DNA of 64,000 nt from Candidatus Cloacimonadota bacterium. Lineage in GTDB: Bacteria > Cloacimonadota > Cloacimonadia > Cloacimonadales > TCS61. The DNA is taken from the NCBI GenBank assembly GCA_034660955.1, contig JAYEKK010000226.1, positions 1,966-65,965 of the forward strand. Direction: 5' to 3'. Numbering within the stretch: the first letter of the stretch is position 1; each line of letters begins with the position of its first letter. The translations under genes and the position numbers were made by a program. The notes under the pieces were generated by a model. The model ran no database searches. It was given only the letters and a program-made list of their open reading frames with translations, and was not told the DNA's origin. Shown here in pieces: positions 17,257 to 26,206 of this stretch.

Positions 17257-19650
17257 TTATTTTCCAATAACAACTGTTATTTTCTTTGAATATACTTTTT
17301 CACTTTCCCGAGCAGTCGCCTGCATTAATACTATATAAACTCCAACAGGCAATTTTTTCCCATTATCGTTCCTGCCATCCCAGATGATATTCCCTGTCGA
17401 AGACTGTAAAACCTGGTCTACCAACCTTCTTATCATTCTTCCTTTAAGATCAAAAATACGCAGAGTCACTGTGCTTAAAACTTCCGGCAGTACATAAGAG
17501 AATATCGTTCGTTCATCACGATAGGGCGAAAATGGATTGGGTTCAACGTTAAGTTTCATATTATTGGGAAGCATCTGCACAAAAATACTGTTGGCTCTTC
17601 CTGGCGTACATTGATTTGTAGAAGGTCCCCAATTCTGTTCTGTAGAAATAATTTCCGGATTTACTCTTTCTATTGAAACGCCATCCAGTTCATCGTTCCA
17701 CTCGGGTTGATAGAAAAACTCTTCGATCAAATTTCCACATTCATCCATCAAACACATTTGTTCTCCATCATTGGAAAGGCTAGATAAACCGGTTAATATA
17801 GTAATGTCATCAATATCATATTTAGCTTTTAGATAATCTACATCATTTTCTGAATTGGTGATCAAATAATAATTTTCCGTATAATATGGAATTTCAAGAG
17901 TATCTTCATCAACAACGAGAACGATTTCGGTTAGATCTGAAATTTGAAAATTATTTATTATTTCAATCCATTCAGGTTCGTCTCCATCCGGATCATACAT
18001 GATCTCATTAATTACAAATGGCAGAAAGCCGTTATTATAAAAGCTGAAGTTAATGTTGTTTGCTGGATTCATATCATCTTCTGAAATTACTTCATACAGA
18101 AAACTGAAATATCCATTTTGTACAATATCAGTAGTAAATTCATAAGTTGTGGAATCTTCTAAGCTGATCTCATCAACAAAAATATTTTCTGAAGGATATT
18201 CGCCATTCATAATAAGTTCACAAGAAATAATTGCATCGAAGATATTTTCCAAACCAATATTTCTAATTATTACAGTATGAGCTATAGAATTTTCATTTAT
18301 CTGCATATTATTAAATTCTAAACTCAGATCGTATTGCATGGGAAAAACACTGTTGGGAAAAGTTGGAGTTCCTAAACTGTCAGTACAAATACTCCATTGA
18401 ATATTTTCATCATCAAATGGATTTACTCGTTCAATTGAAAAATCTACCGGACAGTTAGTTCCATTATAGGAAGTTGAATCGAATTTAGTTTCAAATTCAT
18501 CTGTGAAAAGCAATGTTTCATCTGTGTTATTCAGAGAAGTCCATTGTGGTGCAAAGATAACTTTTTCAGGATCTATATCCGGATAGATTTGCAGAAACAA
18601 AATTGTATCATGACATACAACAATAAAATCCAGTGGCGGGATATTTCCATTAAAGCTAATTATACTGCCCGATGCGTCCATTATTTTCAAGTTATCCACA
18701 CTATATACACAATTCGTTCGATTAAATATCTCAATCCACTCCTGATTAGTACTGAGCGGTTTAAACATGATTTCATTCAACACAAAAGGTGAAGCACCGT
18801 TCAATAATGAACTTTCAGCATAATTATTCCATAACTCATTATCATACAAGTAAATAAGCTCTGCCGATATTTGATGATATCCAATTATTAATTCTAAAAT
18901 CTGGCATGAGAAAAGTATCGTACTTTCTGCAGGAATCGCTGGAAGTTCATAAGTACCATTAAGTGTGTCATTTACTGAGATATTAATGCTGGCTGTAAGG
19001 TTATCCACATTCTCTGTGGATAAATTCTCAACTTCTGTTTGAAGCCAGTATTCACCGTTATTTTCATAAATTACCAGGTAATTTAATGCCAGATCTATTG
19101 GGTAGAAATTAGCTTCTCCTGGAGTTGGATCTATACATTCAAAAAAATCTATTTCACAATTATTAGAATCTTCCCCATCGTGTTTTCTGGCAAGAGTATT
19201 TCCACTATCTACATCAGGAGCAAAATATTCTCCCGGATTTGAAATATCATCGGGAAGCTCATTAGTGTTTGGAGAGTCATATAGAATAGTATCAGTATAC
19301 ATTCCATCTGTCGAGATCAGGCGAATACCATCTGTTTCAGAACCACCATTTTGGAAAGCAAGCGAAGCTATAAGATCAGTATTGGGAACAAACTCTTCTC
19401 CAACGAGAAGGAAACCGGAAGGTTCAATATTGATATTAGGAAAAGTGAAAACCAACTCGAATAAGACACCTGCTTTTTCAATAGTCCAACCTTGCAGATT
19501 AATTGTTAAATCAGAAGAATTATATAGTTCGATCCATTCGTAACCGGTATCAGCACCATCCGGATCATATAAAACTTCATTAATAACTACATCTAGAGCA
19601 TTGAGAGATACGATCAACATAAGACACAAAATACACCATAAAACTTTCAT
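17257..19650 (-). CDS. secreted protein with three lamin-tail-domain (LTD)-like units and a T9SS-type C-terminal domain
   Basis: Signal peptide. VINEVLYDPDGADTGYEWIELYN, VLNEIMFKP..NQEWIEIFN and VINEIMYDPDGDEPEWIEIIN. C-terminus reads NPFSPY...LRIFDLKGR...WDGRNDNGKKLPVGVYI. Confidence 0.8.
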   Translation of the reverse strand: MKVLWCILCLMLIVSLNALDVVINEVLYDPDGADTGYEWIELYNSSDLTINLQGWTIEKAGVLFELVFTFPNINIEPSGFLLVGEEFVPNTDLIASLAFQNGGSETDGIRLISTDGMYTDTILYDSPNTNELPDDISNPGEYFAPDVDSGNTLARKHDGEDSNNCEIDFFECIDPTPGEANFYPIDLALNYLVIYENNGEYWLQTEVENLSTENVDNLTASINISVNDTLNGTYELPAIPAESTILFSCQILELIIGYHQISAELIYLYDNELWNNYAESSLLNGASPFVLNEIMFKPLSTNQEWIEIFNRTNCVYSVDNLKIMDASGSIISFNGNIPPLDFIVVCHDTILFLQIYPDIDPEKVIFAPQWTSLNNTDETLLFTDEFETKFDSTSYNGTNCPVDFSIERVNPFDDENIQWSICTDSLGTPTFPNSVFPMQYDLSLEFNNMQINENSIAHTVIIRNIGLENIFDAIISCELIMNGEYPSENIFVDEISLEDSTTYEFTTDIVQNGYFSFLYEVISEDDMNPANNINFSFYNNGFLPFVINEIMYDPDGDEPEWIEIINNFQISDLTEIVLVVDEDTLEIPYYTENYYLITNSENDVDYLKAKYDIDDITILTGLSSLSNDGEQMCLMDECGNLIEEFFYQPEWNDELDGVSIERVNPEIISTEQNWGPSTNQCTPGRANSIFVQMLPNNMKLNVEPNPFSPYRDERTIFSYVLPEVLSTVTLRIFDLKGRMIRRLVDQVLQSSTGNIIWDGRNDNGKKLPVGVYIVLMQATARESEKVYSKKITVVIGK

Positions 19651-19797
19651 TATTTATTCCTCTGCGTAAATACAGCAATAGTCTTTTTAACGTAGTTTCT
19701 CGTTTACTCATAAATGGAGATTTAATTCTCTCTTTTCTTAGCTCAGACAAGAATGTTTGAGCCACCATTGATATTATTTATTAATCATATTTCTAAA

Positions 19798-21180
19798 TTA
19801 TTCAGTTTTGGATACAGTTTTAAAGCTTGGGGTGATCTCAATGTTGGCATAGTTGTGTTTAGTTCCGACACAGAGGTTGAGGATTAATTCGTAAAAATGC
19901 AAATCGTCTTCAAAAATTACAAATTTATCTTTTAACTCTTTAGAACTTGTCTTAGTGCCGGAGCAAACATTTTCTCCATTCAGATCGATCGTCCATTCTG
20001 CGATAAATTCAAATTTGCCTAATGCTTTTTTTTCTCCTTTAATAGAGATTTCAAGATAAGCTTTGTATTGTATTTTTTCGTTTTTAATGTTAAAAAGTGA
20101 ATATTCAGCGGTTCTATTTGCAAATATTTCGTTTTTAAATTGGTTCTTTTCATTCAGTGAAATTGTACGGTAAGTAGAGGGAATACGATGTTCTTTAAAA
20201 TCAGGATCAATATTGTTTTTTCCTCTTTTTATAGAGATCGGAGCATAATAACGCACCATGCGACTCACATTATAATAAATTAAGTAATCACCTCGTTTTA
20301 TTTTATTTAAAAGTATTCGATTTTTCCCAATAGGATCATCATCCAACAGTAATTTTTCTCCACTTTTGTTAAAATATACTTTCTCCGGCCAGAATTCAAT
20401 CAGAGTTACTTGAATTTTTTGGAACTGCATTATAGCAAAAGATAATACTATTCCCAAAAGGATTAGTGAAAATATTATACCAATTTTAGGAATTCCACGT
20501 TTCTTTTTGCCTTTTTGTGGTGGTTTGGGTTTTAGGATGGAAGTATCTGCAACTTCGTAAATATCAATTGGTTCTTTTATTCCTTTAAGAAAGTAAGCCC
20601 CATGTTTTTTCCAAGATATATTTCCAATCTTATGCTGTTCGATCCAGCCATGAGCACTATCAAATACCGGATACGTCATAAAAATTTGTTTGCCGTCTGC
20701 CAGACTTTCTACCCTTGATGCCCGGTTTACATGTCTGCCGAAAAGATCCAGATCGATATCATTTTCTATTGCGATCTGCCCCATGTGCAAACCGATCCTT
20801 ACTTCCAAATTTATATTATCTGAATTTTGTTTATTAAATTTATTAAGTGCTTGTTGTATTTTTATTGCTCGCTCAACTGCGGTTGACGGTTCAGAAAATA
20901 CTGCCATGATAGAATCACCAATATGTTTAACTATCAAACCTTCATTATTCTTTTCAATTATTGGAACTAGAATATTATTATGAGTTTTTCGAACTTTTGT
21001 AGAAAATATCTCCCCTTTTTCCTCAGTGAGATCAGTAAAACCTTTAATATCTGTAAACATAACGGTAAGCACAGAAGTTTCTCTGAGTTTCCGGTAATTA
21101 TCTACCGACGTCATTTCCTTTTGTGAAAGTGAATAATTTTGTTTAATACCGTTTTCGTTACTCATAGCAAACCCGTTCAT
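19798..21180 (-). CDS. class III adenylate/guanylate cyclase with a TM helix and an uncharacterized C-terminal domain
   Basis: VMFTDIKGFTDLTE, HIGDSIMAVF and GRHVNRASRVES. One TM (IGIIFSLILLGIVLSFAIM), then about 215 aa of unknown function. Confidence 0.8.
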   Translation of the reverse strand: MNGFAMSNENGIKQNYSLSQKEMTSVDNYRKLRETSVLTVMFTDIKGFTDLTEEKGEIFSTKVRKTHNNILVPIIEKNNEGLIVKHIGDSIMAVFSEPSTAVERAIKIQQALNKFNKQNSDNINLEVRIGLHMGQIAIENDIDLDLFGRHVNRASRVESLADGKQIFMTYPVFDSAHGWIEQHKIGNISWKKHGAYFLKGIKEPIDIYEVADTSILKPKPPQKGKKKRGIPKIGIIFSLILLGIVLSFAIMQFQKIQVTLIEFWPEKVYFNKSGEKLLLDDDPIGKNRILLNKIKRGDYLIYYNVSRMVRYYAPISIKRGKNNIDPDFKEHRIPSTYRTISLNEKNQFKNEIFANRTAEYSLFNIKNEKIQYKAYLEISIKGEKKALGKFEFIAEWTIDLNGENVCSGTKTSSKELKDKFVIFEDDLHFYELILNLCVGTKHNYANIEITPSFKTVSKTE

Positions 21181-21242
21181 TTGAAATTAATTTTATTGAT
21201 TTTTTAATTCTGGTTAAAAAAAACGAATAACTACTTGCTCTG

Positions 21243-22796
21243 TCAATACTTAAATATATTTTCTATAATATCGGACGGAATTATTGATGCCGGTTTACGT
21301 ATTTCTGCTAGTTTTTCTACGGTTTCTCCCATTAAGTAGGAAGCTGAAACGGCTGCATTTTTCAGTGAAAGCTGTTGCCCAACAAATGAGGTGATAATAC
21401 CGGCAAGTACGTCACCGCTGCCGCCTGTGGAGAGTCCGTCATTTCCGGTTGTATCGAAAATAAATTCCGTTCCATCACAATAAATAGAAGTTGCACTTTT
21501 AAGCAGAACATTACATTTATATTTTGCTGTAAAATCCTGTAAATATTGTAGCGGATCTTTCAAAATATCCTCGATTGTAACATCGCAAAGTCGAGCAAAT
21601 TCACCGATATGTGGAGTTAGAAGAACTCTTTTGCCAGAAATGCTTTTTTTAATATTTTTATTATCAGCTAAAATATTCAAGGCATCGGCATCAAGGATCA
21701 GTGGTATATTCCATGAAGTTATTATTTGTTTTAATAAATCAGCTGTTTCTTTAGATTTTCCAATACCAGGACCAATTAGTAGAACATCCATTGAGTTTAG
21801 TTTATTGAAAAACCCCTCTTTATTTCCCCTTTCCGTCTTCGTTTCACTTCGCCGTGACAAGTCAAAGGGGAGCTTAGGAAGTGCATAAGTCATTACTTCC
21901 AGGAGTTGAGTTTCAAAAATTGTTTCTAATCCTGCTGGATGGAAAAGCGTGATCATCCCTGCGCCTGCACGAAGAGCAGCCTTTGATGCTAAAATTGCAG
22001 CACCGGTAAATCCGGGAGAACCGGCAATTATTCCAACTCTTCCATAATCTCCTTTATGGGAGAATTTGCTGCGATATGGAAATATAATATTATCACAAGT
22101 TGCTAATTTACCTTTTAATGGAAATTCTAAAAATATATTATCAGGAACACCAATATCTATAACCAATACTTCACCGCTTTTTTCTCTGCCTTCTCCTAAC
22201 AACTGACCGTACTTAATAGCAGCCATTGTAAGCGTAAAATCGGCTTTTACGGCAATTTTTGCCTGCCCGGTATTTGCATCTATTCCACTAGCAATATCAA
22301 TCGCTACAATCGTTTTACCAGAAGAATTGATTTTGTTTATTACATCAATCCGCCAGTCTTTAATTTCACCTTTTAAGCCGACTCCAAAGATCGCATCAAT
22401 TATAAGATCAAATTCAGATAGATCATTTGGTTTTTCTTCAATTCTATAAATTGGAATACAGAGTTTTTTGCATTTATGATAGTTAGAAAGTGTTTCTGCG
22501 CTCATTTTATCAATATTTCCCATTAAGAATATTTTGGGAGAATGTTGCGAATTTTGCAGGTAACGAGCAATTACAAATCCATCTCCACCGTTATTTCCGC
22601 TTCCGCAAAAAAGAGCAATTCTACTTTTTGGTGTAATAAGATCATTTATGAATTCACTGCATCCTCTGCCTGCATTTTCCATAAGTTTTTGTCCGGGAAT
22701 TCCAGCTTTTTCAATTGTAAATTTATCAATTGAATACATTTCTTCACGTGAAAGTACAAACATTTTCATTTCCTTTTTATTTTTTACACTTAGCAT
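21243..22796 (-). CDS. nnr: bifunctional NAD(P)H-hydrate epimerase / ADP-dependent dehydratase (YjeF); true start possibly 27-33 nt downstream
   Basis: GSGNNGGDGF (YjeF_N). C-terminal carbohydrate-kinase-like GPGIG, LDADAL and GGSGDVLAGI. Confidence 0.9.
   Translation of the reverse strand: MLSVKNKKEMKMFVLSREEMYSIDKFTIEKAGIPGQKLMENAGRGCSEFINDLITPKSRIALFCGSGNNGGDGFVIARYLQNSQHSPKIFLMGNIDKMSAETLSNYHKCKKLCIPIYRIEEKPNDLSEFDLIIDAIFGVGLKGEIKDWRIDVINKINSSGKTIVAIDIASGIDANTGQAKIAVKADFTLTMAAIKYGQLLGEGREKSGEVLVIDIGVPDNIFLEFPLKGKLATCDNIIFPYRSKFSHKGDYGRVGIIAGSPGFTGAAILASKAALRAGAGMITLFHPAGLETIFETQLLEVMTYALPKLPFDLSRRSETKTERGNKEGFFNKLNSMDVLLIGPGIGKSKETADLLKQIITSWNIPLILDADALNILADNKNIKKSISGKRVLLTPHIGEFARLCDVTIEDILKDPLQYLQDFTAKYKCNVLLKSATSIYCDGTEFIFDTTGNDGLSTGGSGDVLAGIITSFVGQQLSLKNAAVSASYLMGETVEKLAEIRKPASIIPSDIIENIFKY
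21825..21872. repeat. copy of a GC-rich element embedded in frame in nnr
   Basis: TTCCCCTTTCCGTCTTCG..GACAAGTCAAAGGGGAG matches roughly three quarters of positions (aligned by eye) of the intergenic 43699-43750 (TTCCCCCTTTCCGTCTTCG..GACAAGCCAAAGGGGGAC). Confidence 0.65.
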
Positions 22797-22878
22797 ATAT
22801 TCGAAAGATCATGTGCTAAGTCGTTTAAAGATCAACTTTTCCCAAGATTCCTATGGAACTTAGGACAAGTTTCATCTC

Positions 22879-24114
22879 CTACACCTCCGGCAACACTATT
22901 TCAAACGTTGTTCCAACATCTACTTCGCTTTCTAAAACTCTTATTTTTCCATTATGATATTCTTCCACAATACGGTGTGCCAAACTGAGTCCTAGCCCCC
23001 AACCACGCTCTTTATTAGTAACTCCGGGGCGAAATATTTTCTTGAACATTTTCTTTGGCATTCCTTTCCCTTCATCTGCAATGTGAATATAGGTTTTACT
23101 TTTGTGGGAAAATGCTTTAACGCCGATATATCCATCTTTTTGCTTCATTGAATCAATGCAGTTTTTAAACATATTTTCCAGAGTCCATTTTATTAAATCA
23201 GGATCTAAATTTATCTTTTTATCTTTAATTTCGCTTTCAAATTTTATTTCAATTTTTTTGGAAACTGCCGGTAGTCTTCGTTCAAAATATTCTATTGTCT
23301 CCTCAATAATATCATGTAAACTACAAGATTGAAACTTCATTACAGAACCAACCTTACCAAAACGGGAAGCGATCTTGCTAAGTCTTTCTACATCACCCCG
23401 CATAAAATCCAACATTTCCTGAAGTTCTTTTCCATTTTTACAATTTCCCATTTTAGAAGACAGAATATCTATCCAGCCACTCAGTGAAGAGAGTGGTGTT
23501 CCAAATTGATGAGCAGTTTCTTTTGCCAGACCAACCCAGAGAATATCACGCTCTGTTTTTTTAATAGTATAAACACCATACATCCCTAATATTACATAAA
23601 GAAAGATAAAAGCCATACCAACATACGGCATCATTTTTAGATGGATCATTGTTTGAGAATCACCATAAAATACATAACTGTATACCCTATCATCTTCATC
23701 ACTTATTTTAAGTGGGATCATTGAATGTTTTGATTCCATTTTTCTAACCATGCTTCTCAGGATGTTCTGTTGGTGTGTTTCCAATTGATCGAAATTATCC
23801 TGTGGAATATCTATGTTTTCCCAAGAAAATGGAGATTTCAAGCTATCGGTAAGAATAATGGGATAATCAATTCCAGGCAGAATTTCTTCCATGAAATATT
23901 GAAACAAAAAGTGTTCTAAGTTTACATCGGTTGGCATACCAACAAATTTTGAGTAAAGATCCGGCACGATTTGAACATCTTTTTTAACATTATTTATAAC
24001 GATATTTGTGAAGATTATAAAAAGTACAAGTAAAAATACGCTTCCTAAAATAAAATAGACTTTAAGAAGAAGGCTTTTGTTACTCGCTTTCTTTTGCAAT
24101 TTCCCAGATTTCAT
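22879..24114 (-). CDS. sensor histidine kinase
   Basis: Two TM helices bracketing a periplasmic-type domain. H-box ETAHQFGTPLSSL. HATPase_c N/G boxes (NMFKNCIDS, DEGKGM, GWGLGLS). Confidence 0.85.
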   Translation of the reverse strand: MKSGKLQKKASNKSLLLKVYFILGSVFLLVLFIIFTNIVINNVKKDVQIVPDLYSKFVGMPTDVNLEHFLFQYFMEEILPGIDYPIILTDSLKSPFSWENIDIPQDNFDQLETHQQNILRSMVRKMESKHSMIPLKISDEDDRVYSYVFYGDSQTMIHLKMMPYVGMAFIFLYVILGMYGVYTIKKTERDILWVGLAKETAHQFGTPLSSLSGWIDILSSKMGNCKNGKELQEMLDFMRGDVERLSKIASRFGKVGSVMKFQSCSLHDIIEETIEYFERRLPAVSKKIEIKFESEIKDKKINLDPDLIKWTLENMFKNCIDSMKQKDGYIGVKAFSHKSKTYIHIADEGKGMPKKMFKKIFRPGVTNKERGWGLGLSLAHRIVEEYHNGKIRVLESEVDVGTTFEIVLPEV

Positions 24115-24853
24115 CTAATTGCTCCAAGCTTGCATCAAGCATTTTTTTGCCGTTACTAATAAAATGATTTTCTACTTTTTTAAACCGGCTCTCAAACCTA
24201 CTTATTGTTCTTCTTAAAGCGGTTTCCGTATCAAATCCGGATTTTCTAGCAATATTAACTATAGCAAAGATCATATCGCCCAATTCATTTTGCATTTCTT
24301 CGATGTCTTTATTCTCATAAGCTTCCTGAAATTCCTTAACTTCTTCTTCCAGTTTAGCTACTGCCGGAGCCAAATCCGGCCAATCAAAACCAACTGAAGC
24401 GGCTTTTTCCTGCATTCTTTGTGCTACGATCAGTGCCGGCATATTTTGAGGAATTCCATCGATTGCAGAAATGCGGGAATGTTTTTTTTCTTCCAGCTTT
24501 ATCCGCTCCCAATTCATCTTCACACCGTCAGCATCGGTGGCATGACCATCTCCAAAGATATGAGGATGTCGACGAATAAGTTTGTCATTTATTTGCGTAA
24601 GTACATCTTCCATCTTGAATCTATTATCTTCTCTGGCAATTTGTACCTGCATTACAATATGCAGCATGAGATCACCTAACTCTTCGGAAAGATGTTTATA
24701 ATCTTTATTTTCAATTGCTTCAATAGATTCATACAGCTCTTCAATAAAATTGGGGATTAGAGATTCATGTGTCTGCTTTAAATCCCAGGGACAGCCATTT
24801 TTTTTATTACGTAGTTTTTCAATAACCTCTATTAATTTATCAAATTCCTTCAT
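24080..24853 (-). CDS. mazG: nucleoside triphosphate pyrophosphohydrolase MazG
   Basis: Tandem MazG domains (CPWDLKQTHESL...EELYE..EAIE; ELGDMIFAIVNIAR). Confidence 0.9.
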   Translation of the reverse strand: MKEFDKLIEVIEKLRNKKNGCPWDLKQTHESLIPNFIEELYESIEAIENKDYKHLSEELGDLMLHIVMQVQIAREDNRFKMEDVLTQINDKLIRRHPHIFGDGHATDADGVKMNWERIKLEEKKHSRISAIDGIPQNMPALIVAQRMQEKAASVGFDWPDLAPAVAKLEEEVKEFQEAYENKDIEEMQNELGDMIFAIVNIARKSGFDTETALRRTISRFESRFKKVENHFISNGKKMLDASLEQLDEIWEIAKESE

Positions 24854-25575
24854 TTTTCCTCAAGTTTGTTAATGTATTCTTCATCTTTTTTTCCATCCGG
24901 TACAATATCAATATTGTTTTCCCAGTTTTCAACTGTTTTTTTATTTTTTATTTTTTTTCGTATCACACCTACGATCAAGATAAACGGAAGCACTCCCCAG
25001 ATAAGTCCGCTAGAAGCCATTAAAATTGCAGTCTTAAAGTGGATTTTAGAATATTCTTCAAATTGATCTGAGAAGGTTCTGGTCGTCATGAAGAAGCTGT
25101 TTAAGAAAGCTCTCTCAAAATTTCCAGTTGATCCTGCTTTATCCCAAAGGCGATAAAATGATCTCCTTTTTTTTGAATAGAGATATTTTACTGCCAACCC
25201 CGATTTCGCATAGAAAGATTCCCACTCGATCATGTTTTCTGGATATCTTCTCTTCATTTTATCTAAAGGTCGGGAATTGCCTAAAATGTAATTTTTGGCA
25301 AAATTCAATTCACGTTCAATTCCCATATCATTAGAAAAATAGACAGCCATGCCCTCGTTAAACCAGAGTGGCGGATTCTTCCAATATGAACCAACAAAAT
25401 GATGAATGTATTCATGCAGCAAAAGTTTACGGATGTTAGAGATGTTTTTTAAGTACTTAGGATTCTTTAAGAAAATGGTCTTGTTTCTTCTATTATAAAA
25501 ACCGGAACTATGTTCCAAAATTGCTGAGTGCTTTTGTGTCCAACCTTCATAAACTTTGCTGTTAGGTGCCACCAC
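24850..25575 (-). CDS. peptidase MA-like metalloprotein with C-terminal TM; the frame stays open upstream to about 25800 (see findings)
   Basis: LLHEYIHHF (HExxH) and WFNEGMAVYF (PF13485-like). GTG at 25575 is the first canonical start, but a signal-peptide-like sequence is encoded upstream in frame. Confidence 0.7.
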   Translation of the reverse strand: MVAPNSKVYEGWTQKHSAILEHSSGFYNRRNKTIFLKNPKYLKNISNIRKLLLHEYIHHFVGSYWKNPPLWFNEGMAVYFSNDMGIERELNFAKNYILGNSRPLDKMKRRYPENMIEWESFYAKSGLAVKYLYSKKRRSFYRLWDKAGSTGNFERAFLNSFFMTTRTFSDQFEEYSKIHFKTAILMASSGLIWGVLPFILIVGVIRKKIKNKKTVENWENNIDIVPDGKKDEEYINKLEEK

Positions 25576-25801
25576 TATGTTAATAGGAATATCAAGATAA
25601 GAACCTACACTTTTTTGAAATGATTGAATATCTTTATCTAACTGGATGATGAATTTTGAAGTTGCAGTTGTATCTTTTGCCTCTGCAAATAATATAATAT
25701 CCCGATAATAGATCTTTTCATATTTGGTATTTGCGGCTGATAGTGAGGAGAAAAGGTATAGCAGAATAAAAGAAATGAGTACGTTTTTAAATTTGTGCGT
25801 G

Positions 25802-26185
25802 TTATTCTCCCAGAATACGTTTTTTTATTTTATCTGTAAGTTTTTTTATGTCGAATGGTTTAAAGATCACATCCTGCAAACCGGCTTTTTTAGATTTCAC
25901 GACAACATGATCTGGATCATATCCAAAACCGGTCATCATAATTATCGGCAAATGTTCATTATACTCTTTAGCGCGTGAATAAAGCTCATAACCGTCCATA
26001 TCCGGCATGGCAATATCTGTAAGTAGGAGATCGATATTTCCTGTCATAATTCTATTTAATGCGAGATATCCTTCATTTTCGCAGATCACTTCCAATTCAG
26101 AACAACATTCTTCCAATTCCATTTTAAGATATTCTGTTATCGAAATCTCATCATCTACAATTAAAATTCTATGACCCATTGCCAA
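25802..26185 (-). CDS. single-domain response regulator (CheY-like receiver)
   Basis: ILIVDDE, LLLTDIAMPDMDGYEL, PIIMMTG and KPF. Confidence 0.9.
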   Translation of the reverse strand: MAMGHRILIVDDEISITEYLKMELEECCSELEVICENEGYLALNRIMTGNIDLLLTDIAMPDMDGYELYSRAKEYNEHLPIIMMTGFGYDPDHVVVKSKKAGLQDVIFKPFDIKKLTDKIKKRILGE

Positions 26186-26206
26186 ACCTCTGCCTAATAA
26201 TCCAGA

